Shown one piece after another: positions 37,260-50,930 of a DNA stretch of 64,000 bases. This stretch comes from Felis catus. Taxonomy: Eukaryota. The position numbers and the translations under genes are program-made. The notes below the pieces were generated by a model, which ran no database searches, was not told the DNA's origin, and saw nothing but the letters and a program-made list of their open reading frames with translations. The DNA lies in assembly GCF_018350175.1 (NCBI RefSeq), contig NC_058368.1:96102001-96166000 (forward strand), written 5' to 3'. Every line of letters begins with the position of its first letter. Within the stretch, counting starts at the first letter, position 1.

Positions 37260-37500
37260 AATAATAATAGTTAATAACAACCCTGAAGTTACTAAGTATA
37301 TATTATCTCTCTAAGTGCCTTGCAGTTATCACATTTTTTCAACCTCACAAACTTATGGTATAAATATTTAGGACAATAATAGTATTACCCCTCTTGTAGA
37401 GACGATGAAATATCCTTTAGCTGATGAACTAAGGTTACCCAGCTAACTGGGGCCAGAATGCCAAACTGAGCAGTAGTGCTCCAAAGCTGTTCATTTTTGC
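37260..37500 (-). mobile_element. MIR
   Basis: ctaagtgccttgca..aacctcacaaac..tattacccctcttgtagagacgatgaaa..aaggttacccagctaa. Confidence 0.6.
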
Positions 37501-38864
37501 ATGTGTCCTTATTAAAAAGATCTCCATCCTTCTGTACATCATTGATAATACCTGTAGCATGGTGGCGGCATTAGGATCAAAAAGCAAAACAGCCCTAGTC
37601 AACAAGAGGAGGTATCCATTCACAGTTGATGTATAGCGTCCAAAGTTCACATACTATTACTTCATCAAGTACTGCTTCCCTTTATCCCGTCCTCCACACA
37701 CAGATATCTTTTATCTCCACAGTGTTACAGTAACCTTCTCGACAGTGGGAGGCATTCCAGGATTCGTGATTCTTGCCAATGTTTATGGATAACTAAATGA
37801 CTACTCATATTCCATGTGTACTCTCTCTCTCTCTCTGATTGTAGAGTAAACAATCAAGGCATAGATATTGACCTGAAGTCTTACTAGTAGTCATGTCTTT
37901 CCAGTCTGCCAGGTTGATTGGCATGCATTTCAGATCAGGTCAGCTTGCAGTGGGATAGATGTCATTTACAAATTCCCTCTGGCTGTCTCTCGCCACTTAA
38001 TTTCCCATGTACCTTCAGATGCCTGCTTGCAGTAAGAAAACGCAGCTCTTGGGTTGAATGCAGGCTGAGCCTTCCTCTTGTTAGAGAACATGACGATTCA
38101 CTGCAGAACCGTTCACGTAAGCACTGGGCTTATAAATAATCTTCACCTTGGCATAAAAACAATCATAAGGGATCCAAGGTGAATGGTGTTAAAATCCGGG
38201 AAAACAAAGGCAGATGGACAGTTTGCACCAAATGGTCTCCTGGGCACAAGCACACGTGAAAAGATGCAAACAGTCGGAAGAAAGTGTGAGTCTGTTCAAG
38301 ATGTAATTTTACAAGCCGGTGAAGACCCAAACAGGAGAAGGTACATTGCATTAGGATTTTGAAGGTCCTGTCTGGCCCTACCAAATCGGTTTTCTTTGCC
38401 TGCTTTTATAAGAATCACATTCATTCGTTACAGATACTCAACCCCTGCATGCCCTGGCTTCTCTGAGTTATTTATTTTCTGACACAGTAAAGCAGAAATA
38501 TTGCAACTTAGAGTATTGCAGTCAACTGCTTGCTTAACTGCTACTCTTCTGAAATTCAGCTGTGCAGGCAAAGTCCTGAGTGGCCAATGACTGTGAGGAG
38601 GGATATTTGGGGAAGTGCCTTTTGGGGGAAGGCGTTAAACTTACTACGAAGCAGATGCCTTTGATGCTTTCGGATGCCTGTCTCTACAAGTGGGACTAAT
38701 GGGGAGCCTGGTGATGTGTAATGACTCAGCATATTGTTAGTGGGAGTAGGCGTTCACACCTTAAAAGTGGATATACACCTCTAGGAGGTAGAACCCATGT
38801 TCTTGCAGAGGACCTCTGCTCATTCATGGCCCTGCACCTTTGCAACTGTTGCCTGTGATTTCTA

Positions 38865-39030
38865 CACATTATTCATCAAGTGTGTGTGGAGTGTCAGCTT
38901 TGTACCAGGTATTATGCTAAGAGTGTGGGACTATAAGGCAAGAGAAAACCAAGCAGTGTCCCTGCGTTCACGGAGCTTGTATTTCAGTTGCAGTGAAACA
39001 CAGTAAAGGTGTTAAATAAATAAATGGGAC
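38865..39030 (-). mobile_element. L2 3' end fragment
   Basis: attcatcaagtgtgtgtggagtgtcagctttgtaccaggtattatgctaagagtgtgggactata..gtccctgcgttcacggagctt. Confidence 0.7.
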
Positions 39031-39104
39031 AAGTAGTGGGGTGTATGACTTCCTTCTTTTTAATTGCTTTACAAACTAAATACCTTTTAAAAGTAAAGAC
39101 TGTC

Positions 39105-39314
39105 AGGGCGCCTGGGTGGCTCAGTCGGTTAAGCGTCCGACTTCGCTCAGGTCACGATCTCGCGGTCCGCAAGTTCGAGCCCCGCGTCTGGCTTTGGGCT
39201 GATGGCTCAGAGCCTGGATCCTGCTTCCAATTCTGTGTTTCCCTCTCTCTCTGCCCCTCCCCCGTTCATGCTGTGTCTCTCTCTGTTTCAAAAATAAATA
39301 AACGTTCAAAAAAA
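39105..39314 (+). mobile_element. Young Can-SINE (SINEC_Fc-type) with intact Pol III A and B boxes
   Basis: A box TGGCTCAGTCGG, B box GTTCGAGCC, CpGs retained; TSD ttttaaaagtaaaga(c/t)tg at 39085-39102 and 39315-39332. Confidence 0.97.
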
Positions 39315-39489
39315 TTTTAAAAGTAAAGATTGCTACACGGTATGTACTGTGGCCAGTGTAGAACAGGGACAATGTATGTAACAACTAGAGCACAATGTGT
39401 GAGGTAAAGTGGCTTAGTGGAAATACATTGTTGCATTTTACATTTTATGTGACGGTACACACTGAATTATTTGCAGACTGAGATAAATC

Positions 39490-40570
39490 AAGGATGCATA
39501 TTGGAATTCCTAGAATAGCCAAAATCAATTAATTAGTTAATTAATTAATTTGTAAAAAGACAAAGAAGTAACCAAAATGATGGATAAATTAAAATTAGGA
39601 TTTTAATAAAATATTCAAATAATCCCAAATATGAAGAGCGGCAGGAACATAGCAACAGCAAACAGGTGAGATGGATGGAAACAGAAAATGCCTCAGTCAG
39701 TTAATGTCGGTCATTTTCTTTTCAAATGCAAATCGACTAAAGAAAACAAGATGTGAGGCATACTAATGCCAGGAGGTGAACTTTGAATATGAAGGTACCG
39801 ATGGTTTGAGGCCAAATTACGGTGTAAGAGGTGTGTCATGCGAATACAAACAGCACAAGACAGCTGTAGAGACGATGTTATCGTCAGATAAAATTGATTT
39901 CAAGCCACAGCATGAGAAGAGGTCATGGTAAAGCATAATTGTGAAACATGATTAATTCAAAAGAAAGTTAATGGTCACAAATGCACATGCATTTAATAAC
40001 ATAGCTCCAAAATGGATGAGACAGATATTGACAGACCTCAAAGGAAGAAAAAGACAAATCCACAAATAAGAGCTAAAGATTTTCACACCCCGGATCAGTA
40101 TTTGGAAGAAAACTAGACGAAAAGACCAAAAGACTTGGGAAGAGCTTTGGCATTCACCTTGGTCCACATAACTGCGCTTACATATCACTGTAGGCAACAA
40201 GTGCAGAATAAAGTCTTTCCAAGTATACATGAAATATTCATCAAAAATGAACTGTTGATTATATCACAAAATACAGATGACTGAAATCTTATAGAAGAAA
40301 ATGCCTGACAACAAGAGAATTAAAACAGAAATCGGTAACAGTAAGATGTGTTGAAAAGCCCCTCATATTTGAATATCGAGCATCCTACCTCCAAATAACT
40401 CATGTATCCAAGGAAGAAAGAAAACACAATGGAATATGGAAAATATTTTAAATGGAATGATAATGAAAACACATTATAGCAAAATTCGTGAGATGCACTT
40501 AACGTATTTTCTATAGGAAATGTATCCAGTTAAGTGTTTATGTGAACACAGAAGAACAATCTACTTTAAG
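39490..40570 (+). mobile_element. Ancient L1M inter-ORF and ORF2 endonuclease remnant
   Basis: ttatcgtcagataaaattgatttcaag (LSSDKIDFK), gcatttaataacatagctccaaaa, ctgacaacaagagaattaaaacagaaatc, aaattcgtgagatgca. Confidence 0.75.
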
Positions 40571-41459
40571 CTTTTTTTCTCTCCTAAAACTTAGGGGAGT
40601 AAAGGCATGTTAAGTTCTGCATCTGTGTTTAGGTAAATATGTTTCACTGGACCTGGCTGGCAGAGAAATCTTCTTGGAGAAAAGAGCTAGACCAGACACT
40701 TCATAGTGATTGCTTCCTCTTCTATAATTCTAATTCTATACATATTGCCATGAGTCTGTTGGGATCTGCTCTTTTCAGCCTTTAGAGTAAATGTCCTTAC
40801 ATTATCCCCATCCTACTATGACACCATCTCCCTTAAGCTCTGGAGCCAGTCGTGATAGAACCAGAGAATTTAGTATCCTTACTGTACTAACTAATGGAGC
40901 TCAGAATTGAGCATTATCATTAATGGACACAACTCATGTTGGGCCAAGATGTTTCCTTGAGTGATCAGACAATCTCCAGACCACCCTGTTGCCCATTGAC
41001 CTGCTAGCTCCAGCATCCCTAGAATTCTCCCCGTCCCACTCTTTTTCCTCTGTTAGGATAAAGGTCCTAAATCCATTATACTGGCTGTAGCCACCATTTT
41101 TACCCTGGCCAGCGTATCCTTTCCTTAAAGGTAAGGGGGTTCGGGCAGAAAGATGAAGTTACTGTTGAAAATGGCCTAGAAAGACTTTGCAAAGACAATG
41201 CTTTGTATTCATGTCCCAGGGTATACAAATCTATGCTGTTCTCTTCTCTTATCCCTTGCACTTCTATAAATATTGATAGTCTGCTTAAAAAGTGTTCACA
41301 AATGTACACGTGGAAGCCACATAGGAGTAATGCTGCCACTTACCGGTTCTTTGACAAGAAGGAAGATATGTCCTCTGTCACCAACCAGAGGAAACTAGGG
41401 TCCTCAAGCTCCCCTTCATGTATATTTGTTCTTTCCACATTTTTCCTGGAACAACTCTC

Positions 41460-41704
41460 TTAAATTTAAAAATTTGTAAATGTCTATTTATTTTTGAGAG
41501 AGAGAGAGAGCTGAGAGAGAGAGAAAGAGAGCCAGCACAAACAGGGGAGGGGCAGGGAGAGAGGAAGACACAGAATCTGAAGCAGGATCCAGACTCTGAG
41601 ATGTCAACACAGAGTCTGACGCTGGGCTCGAACTCACAAACCACGAGATCATGACCCGAGACGAATGCTCGGATGCTTAACTGACTGAGCCACCCAGGCC
41701 ACCC
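41460..41704 (-). mobile_element. Can-SINE
   Basis: gggctcgaactcacaaaccacgagatcatgacc..ctgagccacccaggccaccc. Confidence 0.95.
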
Positions 41705-42739
41705 TCTTTTGATTATTAAAGACATTGCATCTAAATTTTCCCCCACAGGCCAGGGGTCCCATGGCAAGAGCACTGGCCTAGTAACATGCAGTAGCCTTTG
41801 TATCTCCCAGGCTCTTTTACTTATGGGCTTATAGTGGGCTCTTAGCTCCTACTTTCTTGCAGGGCTTACTTTATTTTTTGGAATGAGATTTAGGCTGCAC
41901 AGCAGCTCTTCTGGATTCTGCTGAGATGTGAAAGTACTCAAGTGCCATGCTGGCTGTCATGATCATATTTAAAATTTAATCCCATCATGCTCAATTCCCA
42001 GAATTTCTTCTCCCACCAGAAAACCCATTTCCATGGAGAAATCAGGAAATATATTTACCCTCTGATCGGCCACTACCTATTTGAAGTGTCAACCACGCAA
42101 TCCCCAAACCCCTTTGGGAAGATATGCAGTGACAGCAAAGTCAGAGCTAAAGATTTTCCTTATTAAAAATTGCTGATTGCTTTTCCATTCAGTGTAAAAA
42201 TGTGCACCTAATATACAAAGCCTGGCACTTCGAATGTAATTAAAACACATCCATTACCTCACCAGAATTCAGTGACACACAAAACTACTTTAAATGGGCA
42301 AAGAGACCCCAAAAAAAGCTTTTCAAACACCAGTGGGAAGTAATTTCCTGTAATTATTTGATAGTGATCAGGGCAAAGAAAATTTCATGAAATAGTTTCT
42401 ATTTCCATGACCAGTGGGGTAGTCTTCCTTGACACATTAAAAATAGCTGGTAATAGGTTAAAAAAAACAACCCTTGACAGAAGGGATCAGCATTCTATAT
42501 TTTGAAAGTATTGTGCCATATTTAAAAAAAAATTTTATTCACCTTCAAAAATCTGCTTTGAAGCGTGACACCAATCACTGCATGTCAGTTTATAGATCCT
42601 TCTTTCCAACTAACTTTACATTAAAGGCACTGTCACAATTATGGTTTTACTGCCTGTCACCATAGGTGCCTAGGATACTTGGGGCTTAAAATTGCTGGTA
42701 TAGCTTGTGGTTTTTCTGAGAATCTGAGAACAGTGGCTC

Positions 42740-42793
42740 TTTTCTTTTCTTTCTTTTCTCTTCTTTTCTTTCCTCTTCTGTTCTTTCTTTCCT

Positions 42794-42876
<83 letters not shown>
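42740..42876. repeat. (CTTT)n tetranucleotide / polypyrimidine tract
   Basis: Read directly. Confidence 0.97.
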
Positions 42877-42879
<3 letters not shown>

Positions 42880-44069
42880 CCTTTCTTGACTATGATGTGA
42901 TAAAGGCTGCAACATGAACAGATTTATTACAGGGCAGAAGACAAAAGCTGGTAGCTGACAAAACACACAACAATAATAACACATTTGTTAGTGTTCTGCT
43001 TTTTGGGTAAAGTCAAAGGCAGAAAGTTGGTGATATGAAGAGTCTACAGAGTGTTGAATGGATAAGTTGATAAAATTTTAAATGTTAGGAATGTTCATCT
43101 AAAACTAGAGTTTTCTGAATTCTCTTGAAAGGTCAGGTCTTGAAATAACAGACCTACATCTTACCGTGGTCACATTTAGCTGATTCTTGTGTTCAGAGTA
43201 GCTTTTCTCTAGCTGGCCACCTGGTCTCTTTCTTTTTTTCTTTTTTTCTTTTTTTTCTTACATTTCCTCTAGGCACTGTGGGAAGTTGTTTATGAGATCC
43301 CTAGGCAATGGCTTTGCTCCTTGTCAAACATCAACAGTCAAACAGTATCTTTTGGAAGAGTAAAACAGTGGCTGGGACTTCTGGGTCATAATAGAATAGT
43401 GAGTTTGTTTATTGGATTACTTTAATGATTTTACTTAATAGTAACCCTTGCTACAACTTTTTGGGGAGACTCGTGGCTTTAAGTCTTACAAATCATGAAC
43501 CTCAATGATTGAAGTCCCTCGACATTCATTTCTTAGTAGGAAGGGACTATTTTCCTTGAAATATCTGTTCTCTGCCAAATTTTGCCAAAAAAGTTACAGA
43601 TGTACTTGTATTGTCTGGGGAAATGCCTCACCGAGTCAGATGATAATCCTAGGAAATGATCTAGAAATCAAAAGGGTGCCTGTATGCAATTTTGAATTTT
43701 GGTTTAGTAACAGAATCAATTACCTTCAGATTTCCAAGCACAGTTGTCTCTTGTCAGTAATCTCTGGACATATCCATCGTAGGGAAAATGTCAACATCCC
43801 TCAATCTACCTTGTCAATTGGGATAAACTTGCTAAGATATTGAGAGACAGACTTTACAGTGAATTGAATCTCCTACAAAATAACTTACATTCTTATGCAT
43901 TAAAATTTCTACATGCTACTTTAGCCACCGCATCCATATTGAGGATTTTTGTTACATTGCAAAACGCACATGGGCTTTCTAGACTGAAAAAACAAAACAA
44001 AAACAAAAAAAAAACCAAACAGACAACAATAACAACAACAAAAACCATGAGTTTTACTCACAGCTCTAT

Positions 44070-44245
44070 CATTTTTAAGCTGTGTAACCTTAGGTAACAT
44101 GCCTGACCTTTCAGAGCCTCACCAATAAAATAGGCATATAGTCCTGCTATTTCAGAGAGTTAGAAGGGTTCCATAAGGTGAGGTGCATGGCAATAGTTGA
44201 CACACTGCTTGGCACTCAGTAGTCATTCAGTAGGTACTAGTTCCC
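44070..44245 (+). mobile_element. MIR
   Basis: agctgtgtaaccttaggtaacatgcctgacctttcagagcctca..cttggcactcagtagtcattcagta. Confidence 0.75.
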
Positions 44246-45784
44246 CCTCCATTTAACAAGAGCAGCCAGAAGAACTTCTTCCCTTCATTGCTATTTATCA
44301 TGTACTTGGCACACTTCATATTGCAGACCAGCATCTCTACTTCTACTTCCACTAAGGTGCAGCTGCATAACGTCTGATAAAGTAGTTATTGGTAGACTTT
44401 CATTACAAGAGAGTCCGACTCAAATTTCAACAATGAAAATGAGGCACTAGCCCAGATGAAGACTTGGAGGATGGTTGGATCAAGGACTGCAATGGCATGA
44501 CCAGTGTTCACCTTCTTTCTCTCCATTCTTAGGATTGCTGCTTCATTATTCACACCCATGTAGGGCTGGCTTTATCCCATCATTCACAAATTACCATCAC
44601 CCATACCAGGGACTGTTTTGATTCTCATTTCTACTCAATAAGATATAGAAACCTTAGATCTAGGTCCCAGAATTGAGTCTGGTTGACCCAATTAGCTTAA
44701 CTTACATCATATCCCCACTGTGGTTGGGGAATTGGGGTATGTTTATTAGTAAAGTCAAATTAGAGTCCTTTCCCATAACTGTACATGTTTTTTTTTCCTC
44801 CAAACATCATAGCTGGGAAATTTAAGTTTCTAATAGGAAGATGGAAGTGAGAAGTGTGCAGTGAGGAAGCCACCAAGCCAGGATCCATTCACCATTTAAG
44901 CCCAGCTTAAAAGCATTTCCTTTCTGATGCTGGATATTTTCTAACTATATGCCGCCCTTTCCAGAACATGGATGGTGCCTCCTTAGTTGTGCTCCCAGAG
45001 CCGTTCATTCTTCTTCATTTAGTAAACTGTTCCTTACTCTTCAACAAAACGTAGTTTCATGGAGCCATAGCCAGGGCTATCCAGAATTGTGGTATAAATG
45101 GCGATTTTTGAAACCTGGTTCCTTGGATCTGCTTTTTACCAGCTATAGGCTCAATCATCTTTCTGATAATAGAGGACACAATGCCATCTTTCCCATGTGG
45201 AAGGTAAGGCATAGTTAACAGTGCGCTTGGTTTATTTAAGTAAATAATGGCCTTTCTTATACTAATGAGATGATTTTTAGAGGATTTGTCCATAAAATAT
45301 TTCCCAGCTTCTCCCAGGCAAAGCCTGTGTCTCACATCTGCTACTTTGTCCCTCAGACAAGCACACAAAGATAAGTGTAATCAGTGTGAGATGTAGCACG
45401 TTCCTGCCATTTCCCTGGTATAAAGTCACCTATTTTTATTTCTACTGGCCCATGAACGTATTAATATGTATGAAAAATTGCCAGCCAGCCAATATTTATC
45501 ATGGATTGCACCACAAAATGCTCAGCCCAAGTTTCGGTGGTGTTGGTTATTAACAAAAGGACACCATCACAATGTTATGGGTGCTTTCCAGGTAATAGAA
45601 GGGCCAGTGAGAAGGTAGGAACCTGCATAGGAAAGTGATATGGTTGGAACTCTAGGAGTTCCTCAGGGAGGGAAATGATTGAGGCTGAAGCAGGTAAGTA
45701 CCTTCTCTCATGGTGGAATCAGGCCAGCTCTGAGATGCACCTGGCTAGGAGCTCTGGGAAAATAGAGCTTTTTTGTCCCCTTCT

Positions 45785-46006
45785 AGCTTTATTGAGGTAT
45801 GATTGACAAAAATTGTATATATTTAAGGTGTACAGTGTGATACCCTGATGTGTGTGTACATTGTGAAGTGATTAATACAATCAAATGGGACATCCATCTT
45901 TCTGTTTTCACCATCCTACGGTCCTTGGCAACCACCATTCTGCTCTCTAGTTTTATGAGTTTGACTTTTATGGATTCTGTATGCAAGTGAGATCATATAC
46001 ATTTGT
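45785..46006 (-). mobile_element. Old L1 (L1MA/MB) 3' end with an internal deletion
   Basis: agctttattgaggtatgattgacaaaaattgtatatatttaaggtgtacag..ggcaaccaccattctgctctct..gtgagatcata. Confidence 0.85.
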
Positions 46007-48929
46007 TCTAAAGGGTACAACTTGTTTGTAGTAATGGGCAAACTTGGAGACATGCTGATACCTCTGCCCAGAGAAAAGTGGGAAAAAGGCAGGTACGTGT
46101 AGACTAGAAATATGAAGGCAAAGAGTGACAACCAAAGAAATATAACGGGCAGGAAAAAAGGGAAGAAGCCCAGGACTGGCTACAGAGGATAACGGGTCTT
46201 ACTTGTTAAAATTATAACCAGTGTCTCGTCTTATGAGATTCACTGGCCTTTTATATATGTTTCTTTCCACTCTTTCTTTCATCAGCATAACCTCAAATCA
46301 GTATGATTATTGTTCTTCTTTTACTTCACTACACATCAGATTTTCCCTTGTGGCATCATTTCCTGCTGCTGGAAAATGAAAACACACAACACACACACAA
46401 CACACTCTCTCTTTTACATTTTTATATGATTTGCCAATGACATCGCTTCCAATTTCTCCAATACTGCTATCTTAGCATCTGTAAGCATTTGGCATTGTCA
46501 TCCTCATAAAAAGCACATTCCACATCCTTCTAAATTATGCAGAGGTTATTGAGGTATAACAATGCTACATCTGCTTTGATTCTAATAAATTCCAAACTAA
46601 GAGTGTTAAATCCAAAATATCTCTCTGCAGTAGCCCGTGCCATGTATAGGGAAAACACTGTTTTTGGTTCTCTTGACTACCTCCCAGATCACTTCATAAG
46701 CAAGTGGTTTGAATACAAAGAAAAGCTGTAAGAAACAGGGCTCAGTCATGGGGCAGTGCTGAAACCAGAGGCAGAGTTAGCAAGATGTGTCAATGGGGAG
46801 TTGGTGGACAGAAGGATGACAGCTGGAGTTGAAAGTGTTTAAATGTTTCCATGTTATGGATCCACTTTTTCATAAACCTGTGAGCACCTTGCAGTTTCAG
46901 GTACTTAATAAAATACTTCCCCCCCCCCCCCCCCGCAAATGTTTCTAATAAATGACACACAGTGTTCTCCACTGGTCCACCCCATAAAGAGTGAACTATC
47001 TTCTTCCCATGAGTAACTCACGGGAATTTCAGATTAGGAGACAGTTCCTATACAGCCAAGCAATGAGAAGTTTTTAAGGACTTTGGCTTCTTATTTTTAA
47101 CATCAGATTGTTTCTTGTAAGTGATTTCTTTTTTCTCCCCTTATAACTTTATTTTGGGCACCTAGCCTTTAGGAGAAGTGATCTTATGGAGAACTAATCC
47201 TTACAGAAAGGACTGAAACCATTGTAAAGTTGGAACTAAGGATATAAGAATTTTCTGGCCAACTTTGTTACATTAGCTTAAAAGATAGTTCTGGACCAGT
47301 CACATTGCTTTGCTGGATTTGGGCAGCATAAAGAAAGCAATTAAAATTGAACCAGATGAAAAATAGCTTTTTGTATTGTATTGTTGGCCTCTTAATTGCC
47401 ACAACTTGTAAAATCCTGAGAGGTGTATTTTGGCAAGTGGAGAAACAGAGGCTGAATCGGGATAAGCAGTAAGATTATGTTCACTCAAGACTGAGTAACG
47501 GAGTGAGGATTTGAAGGTAGTAAAAAAAAAATAATTTGAAGCTATATCCTCCAGTTCTACAACTACAAACCACTACAGTCTTACTACACTACAGTTATCA
47601 GCCCTTAGATGGTAGCCTTAGGATTCTATCGTTATATTCAAGTAAAGATTCTTGTCTTCCAAAAAAGGAGTTCAACAACTTTAAAAATAAGCATTTATTG
47701 AATGCCTCTTTTATGCCAACTGATGGAACCAATGAAAAAGGATACTTTAATTCTTTTTTAAGAGGAAAGGTAAAATTTCATTGCACTTCAGGAACATAGA
47801 AGCATCTAATGCAGAGGCAAATCTCAATGTAAAGACAATTATAGGGCAACATGTTGAAGAGTTGGATACAAGAAGGACAGTTGTTACTCTGTCTTACACT
47901 ATAGTAATTGACGTTATTAATAGCATCTTGAGAATAGAGGCTCTCTCCTGCCCAAATATTTCATTTCTTGCACAGCTTAGGATTTGGATAAGCATCCCTC
48001 ATGTCATTAAGGGAAAGTCAAATTGTGGAAATCGCTGTGACATAACTGACATCACCAACTGTACTGCAAAAAAAAAAAAAAAAGTTTACTCTTGATAGAT
48101 TAAAAGTAACCTAAAATAAGAATCTCTGTGGGAGAAGACATTTAAGTGGTGCACAAGCTTTGCAGAGCTTCAAGGGCTGAACATCCAAAGCTATGGGGGC
48201 CACTCCATTTATTTTATTATTAGCACAGGGCCAGAGAGGATGGGAGGAAGTGGGAAATGGCCTGTAAGAATTCTCAAGTAAGGTAGTCTGGAGCTAGGTG
48301 ATGGGTAGTTCGGGCAGAGGTCGTCAAAGGAAGATATTCTTATTATAATGAACAAGATTCATTGGAATGTTAGGAGATAGAAGTTGCAGTTGTAAATAAT
48401 AAAGGTAAGCATTCAACACCCAACAGAAACTTAGAAATGACTTTTTATCAGTAGCCAAAAATATTTCCTTCAAGAGGGTCCTCTCTTTAAGTTGGGTTCT
48501 TTAGAATAATTCATCCTTGGAGTACAAGAGGATGCGGCTGTCAGGGGTCATTAAGAGGATCCTTATATATATTACTTGGCTAGAAGCAGGTGCCTCAGGG
48601 TACAACAGAAAGAGATGCCTTTTCTGGAAGGGAATCTTTGAGCCAGGTGCTACTCAAACCATCTATTAAAGGACCATTTTTTTTCAAAATGTCTGATCCA
48701 TCATAAACCAACGTAACAAAAAATGAAAAATGAAGTAAAAGCGATGCACAATAGAAGCCTATTTTAACAAGTGTAATATTCAATAGACATAAAAAGTGCA
48801 TTGTTCTGTGGCTATAAATCTCCTAAATTCTTACTCTCAATTTCTGTACTTAAATTGTCATGGACCAGTAGCAGTTTGCAGACTTTGCTAGACCATCTTT
48901 ATGTAGTACTGGTTTAGTTCACTGACAAT

Positions 48930-49325
48930 GTGGTTAGTCAAGATAACTTTAGCTGTGGTAACAAATACATCACTAATATTTAAGTTTATGTTTTGCTTGG
49001 AGCACTCACAGGTGCTAGTCCTCAATGCAGTAATGCCAGGAATAAGATTCTTCCAGCTTACAGCTTTGCCACATGTAACGTGTCAAATATGGCATCTTCA
49101 TCTCAGATGTCAAATATGTCAAGTAGGGCATCTTTAAATATTCTTGACCCACAAGAAACATACATTACTTCTACTCCGATTGGTGAGAGTTAGGTGTGTG
49201 ATCACACGTAGACACAAGGAAGTCTGGGCAATGTAATTATTGACCGGATAGCCACCTCCCATCAGTAACTGTATATTGTGGAAGAGGAAGCATGAATGGT
49301 GAGGTCAGCCAGTTTCTTCTGCCTT
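48930..49325 (-). mobile_element. MaLR LTR (MLT1J-like)
   Basis: gttagtcaagataactttagctgtggtaacaaa..cacaagaaacatacattacttctactccgattggtgaga..caaggaagtctgggcaatgtaat. Confidence 0.65.
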
Positions 49326-50930
49326 GCCTCATCAAAACCTGATCATTGTGTGTTTTGTTGCAGTCTCTCTCTTGTTATAAGAGTAATGACAACAAAAAGA
49401 ATAATTGTAAATAATGACATAACGGACAGTGTATATTGAAAACATCCTATATGCCAAGCACAGAGCTAAGGACTTGTAGTCATTTTATTGTAAATAGATA
49501 AATTGGCATATCACTCATTAGTAAGGATTTGTCAAAGGTTCAAAGGTTTGGGGTCTGATTGTCTCTGGGTAAACTAGGGAACAGAAATTCTAGACTTTTA
49601 TAGCTGAAGACTAGATATTTTATATGAAGATTGTGTGTGTGTTGTTTTAGTACTTTCCACTGTAAGTGTATCATCAATAGAAGAACAGGATTCTAGACAT
49701 ATGCCAGAGGTTATAGAGGAGATTTTCTAACTTGTATAGTATTTAGGGTTGGTGAGAGAGTGATGATTTATAACAGTGCTGTTTATCTACCCACATTGGC
49801 CGGGCAATTCTTAGCACAATGAGAAGTCTCCTTTCACATGCTTCAACAAATTTTCTGTATGATTATTTATCAACACCCCAAGCTGGATGGGGTACAGTGA
49901 AAATTTCCATTGTCATTGGGTCTGACTTGGAAAGTGATATCACATGGTTTCCAAGGAGAATTTTTAGATGTCTTCCCAAGCATTGAAGTTTTCCTTTTCC
50001 TTCCTAAAAAAAAAAAAATGATTTTGAATGGGAATATTCTTCGTTTGATATCACAAAAAGAAAATAAGCATGTCTGAGATGAAATGGAAACTACAAAAGA
50101 ATAAAATAAAAGGAATGAGCTTAGTTTTCATTATACTATGTGATCATTCTACCCTCAGAATGGAGTGAAAGCCCAGAGCTGTATTTTAGATGCCCTGATG
50201 TGTCAACGAAGTCATTTGAGGAGAGACATTTTGCTCCTATGTTGTTGATTCCATTCTAACATAAGGAAAAATCCATATAAGCCGCAACATCATAACTTTT
50301 TTTAGACCATCAGAAAGTAGAGGTCATAAGGTAACCAGGTGAACTGAATTTAAAGGAAGATGAGACCCTTCTTGGAGAGACAAGGTACATGAACCTTAGA
50401 TAGAGGAGGTTAGGGCTCCATGACATAGCAGAGGTGAAAATGACTAAACTTTAATGGGTTCTTGCAGACTTAGTGATGACACATTTAATCCCTGAGAGCC
50501 CCAGATTCAAGGTGGGGGGAGGAGGATCTATGCATTTGCCAACCCTTTTCTACAGGTCTCTGTATGGGTTCACAAGAAAGACTGGAGACTGAGCAGAAGA
50601 TGTGAGTGAGAGCTCTCTTGGTGTCACATAGGCAAAGAATCCTATTATCTTCCCAGATCCATTTTCTCTTCAGAGAAAAGCTTTAAGCTGCTGGGGGAAG
50701 GATAGGAAATATTTTCACACCAAGGGCTCAGGTGTACAGAGCCCCCTGGAAACTCAGGGTGTATTCAGGACTCTGAGTTGATCAATCATGGGTGCACTCA
50801 AGAAACCAGACAAAATGAAGTAATACCAGATCACTGTTATAGTGTGATGCACTGAAAGCAAATCCAGTAACCAAAAATACAAGCTACTGACTTAATCCCC
50901 ATACACAGTCTGATGGAAGAGGCATACTCA

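Noticed and set aside
42670..42984. Lys/Glu/Arg-rich and Phe/Leu/Ser-rich ORFs (also 26823-27095, 36698-36946, 53959-54207)
   Set aside because: These are translations of microsatellites and poly(A) tails.
47601..47616. CTCF-like gcccttagatggtagc
   Set aside because: Several mismatches at core positions; expected by chance.
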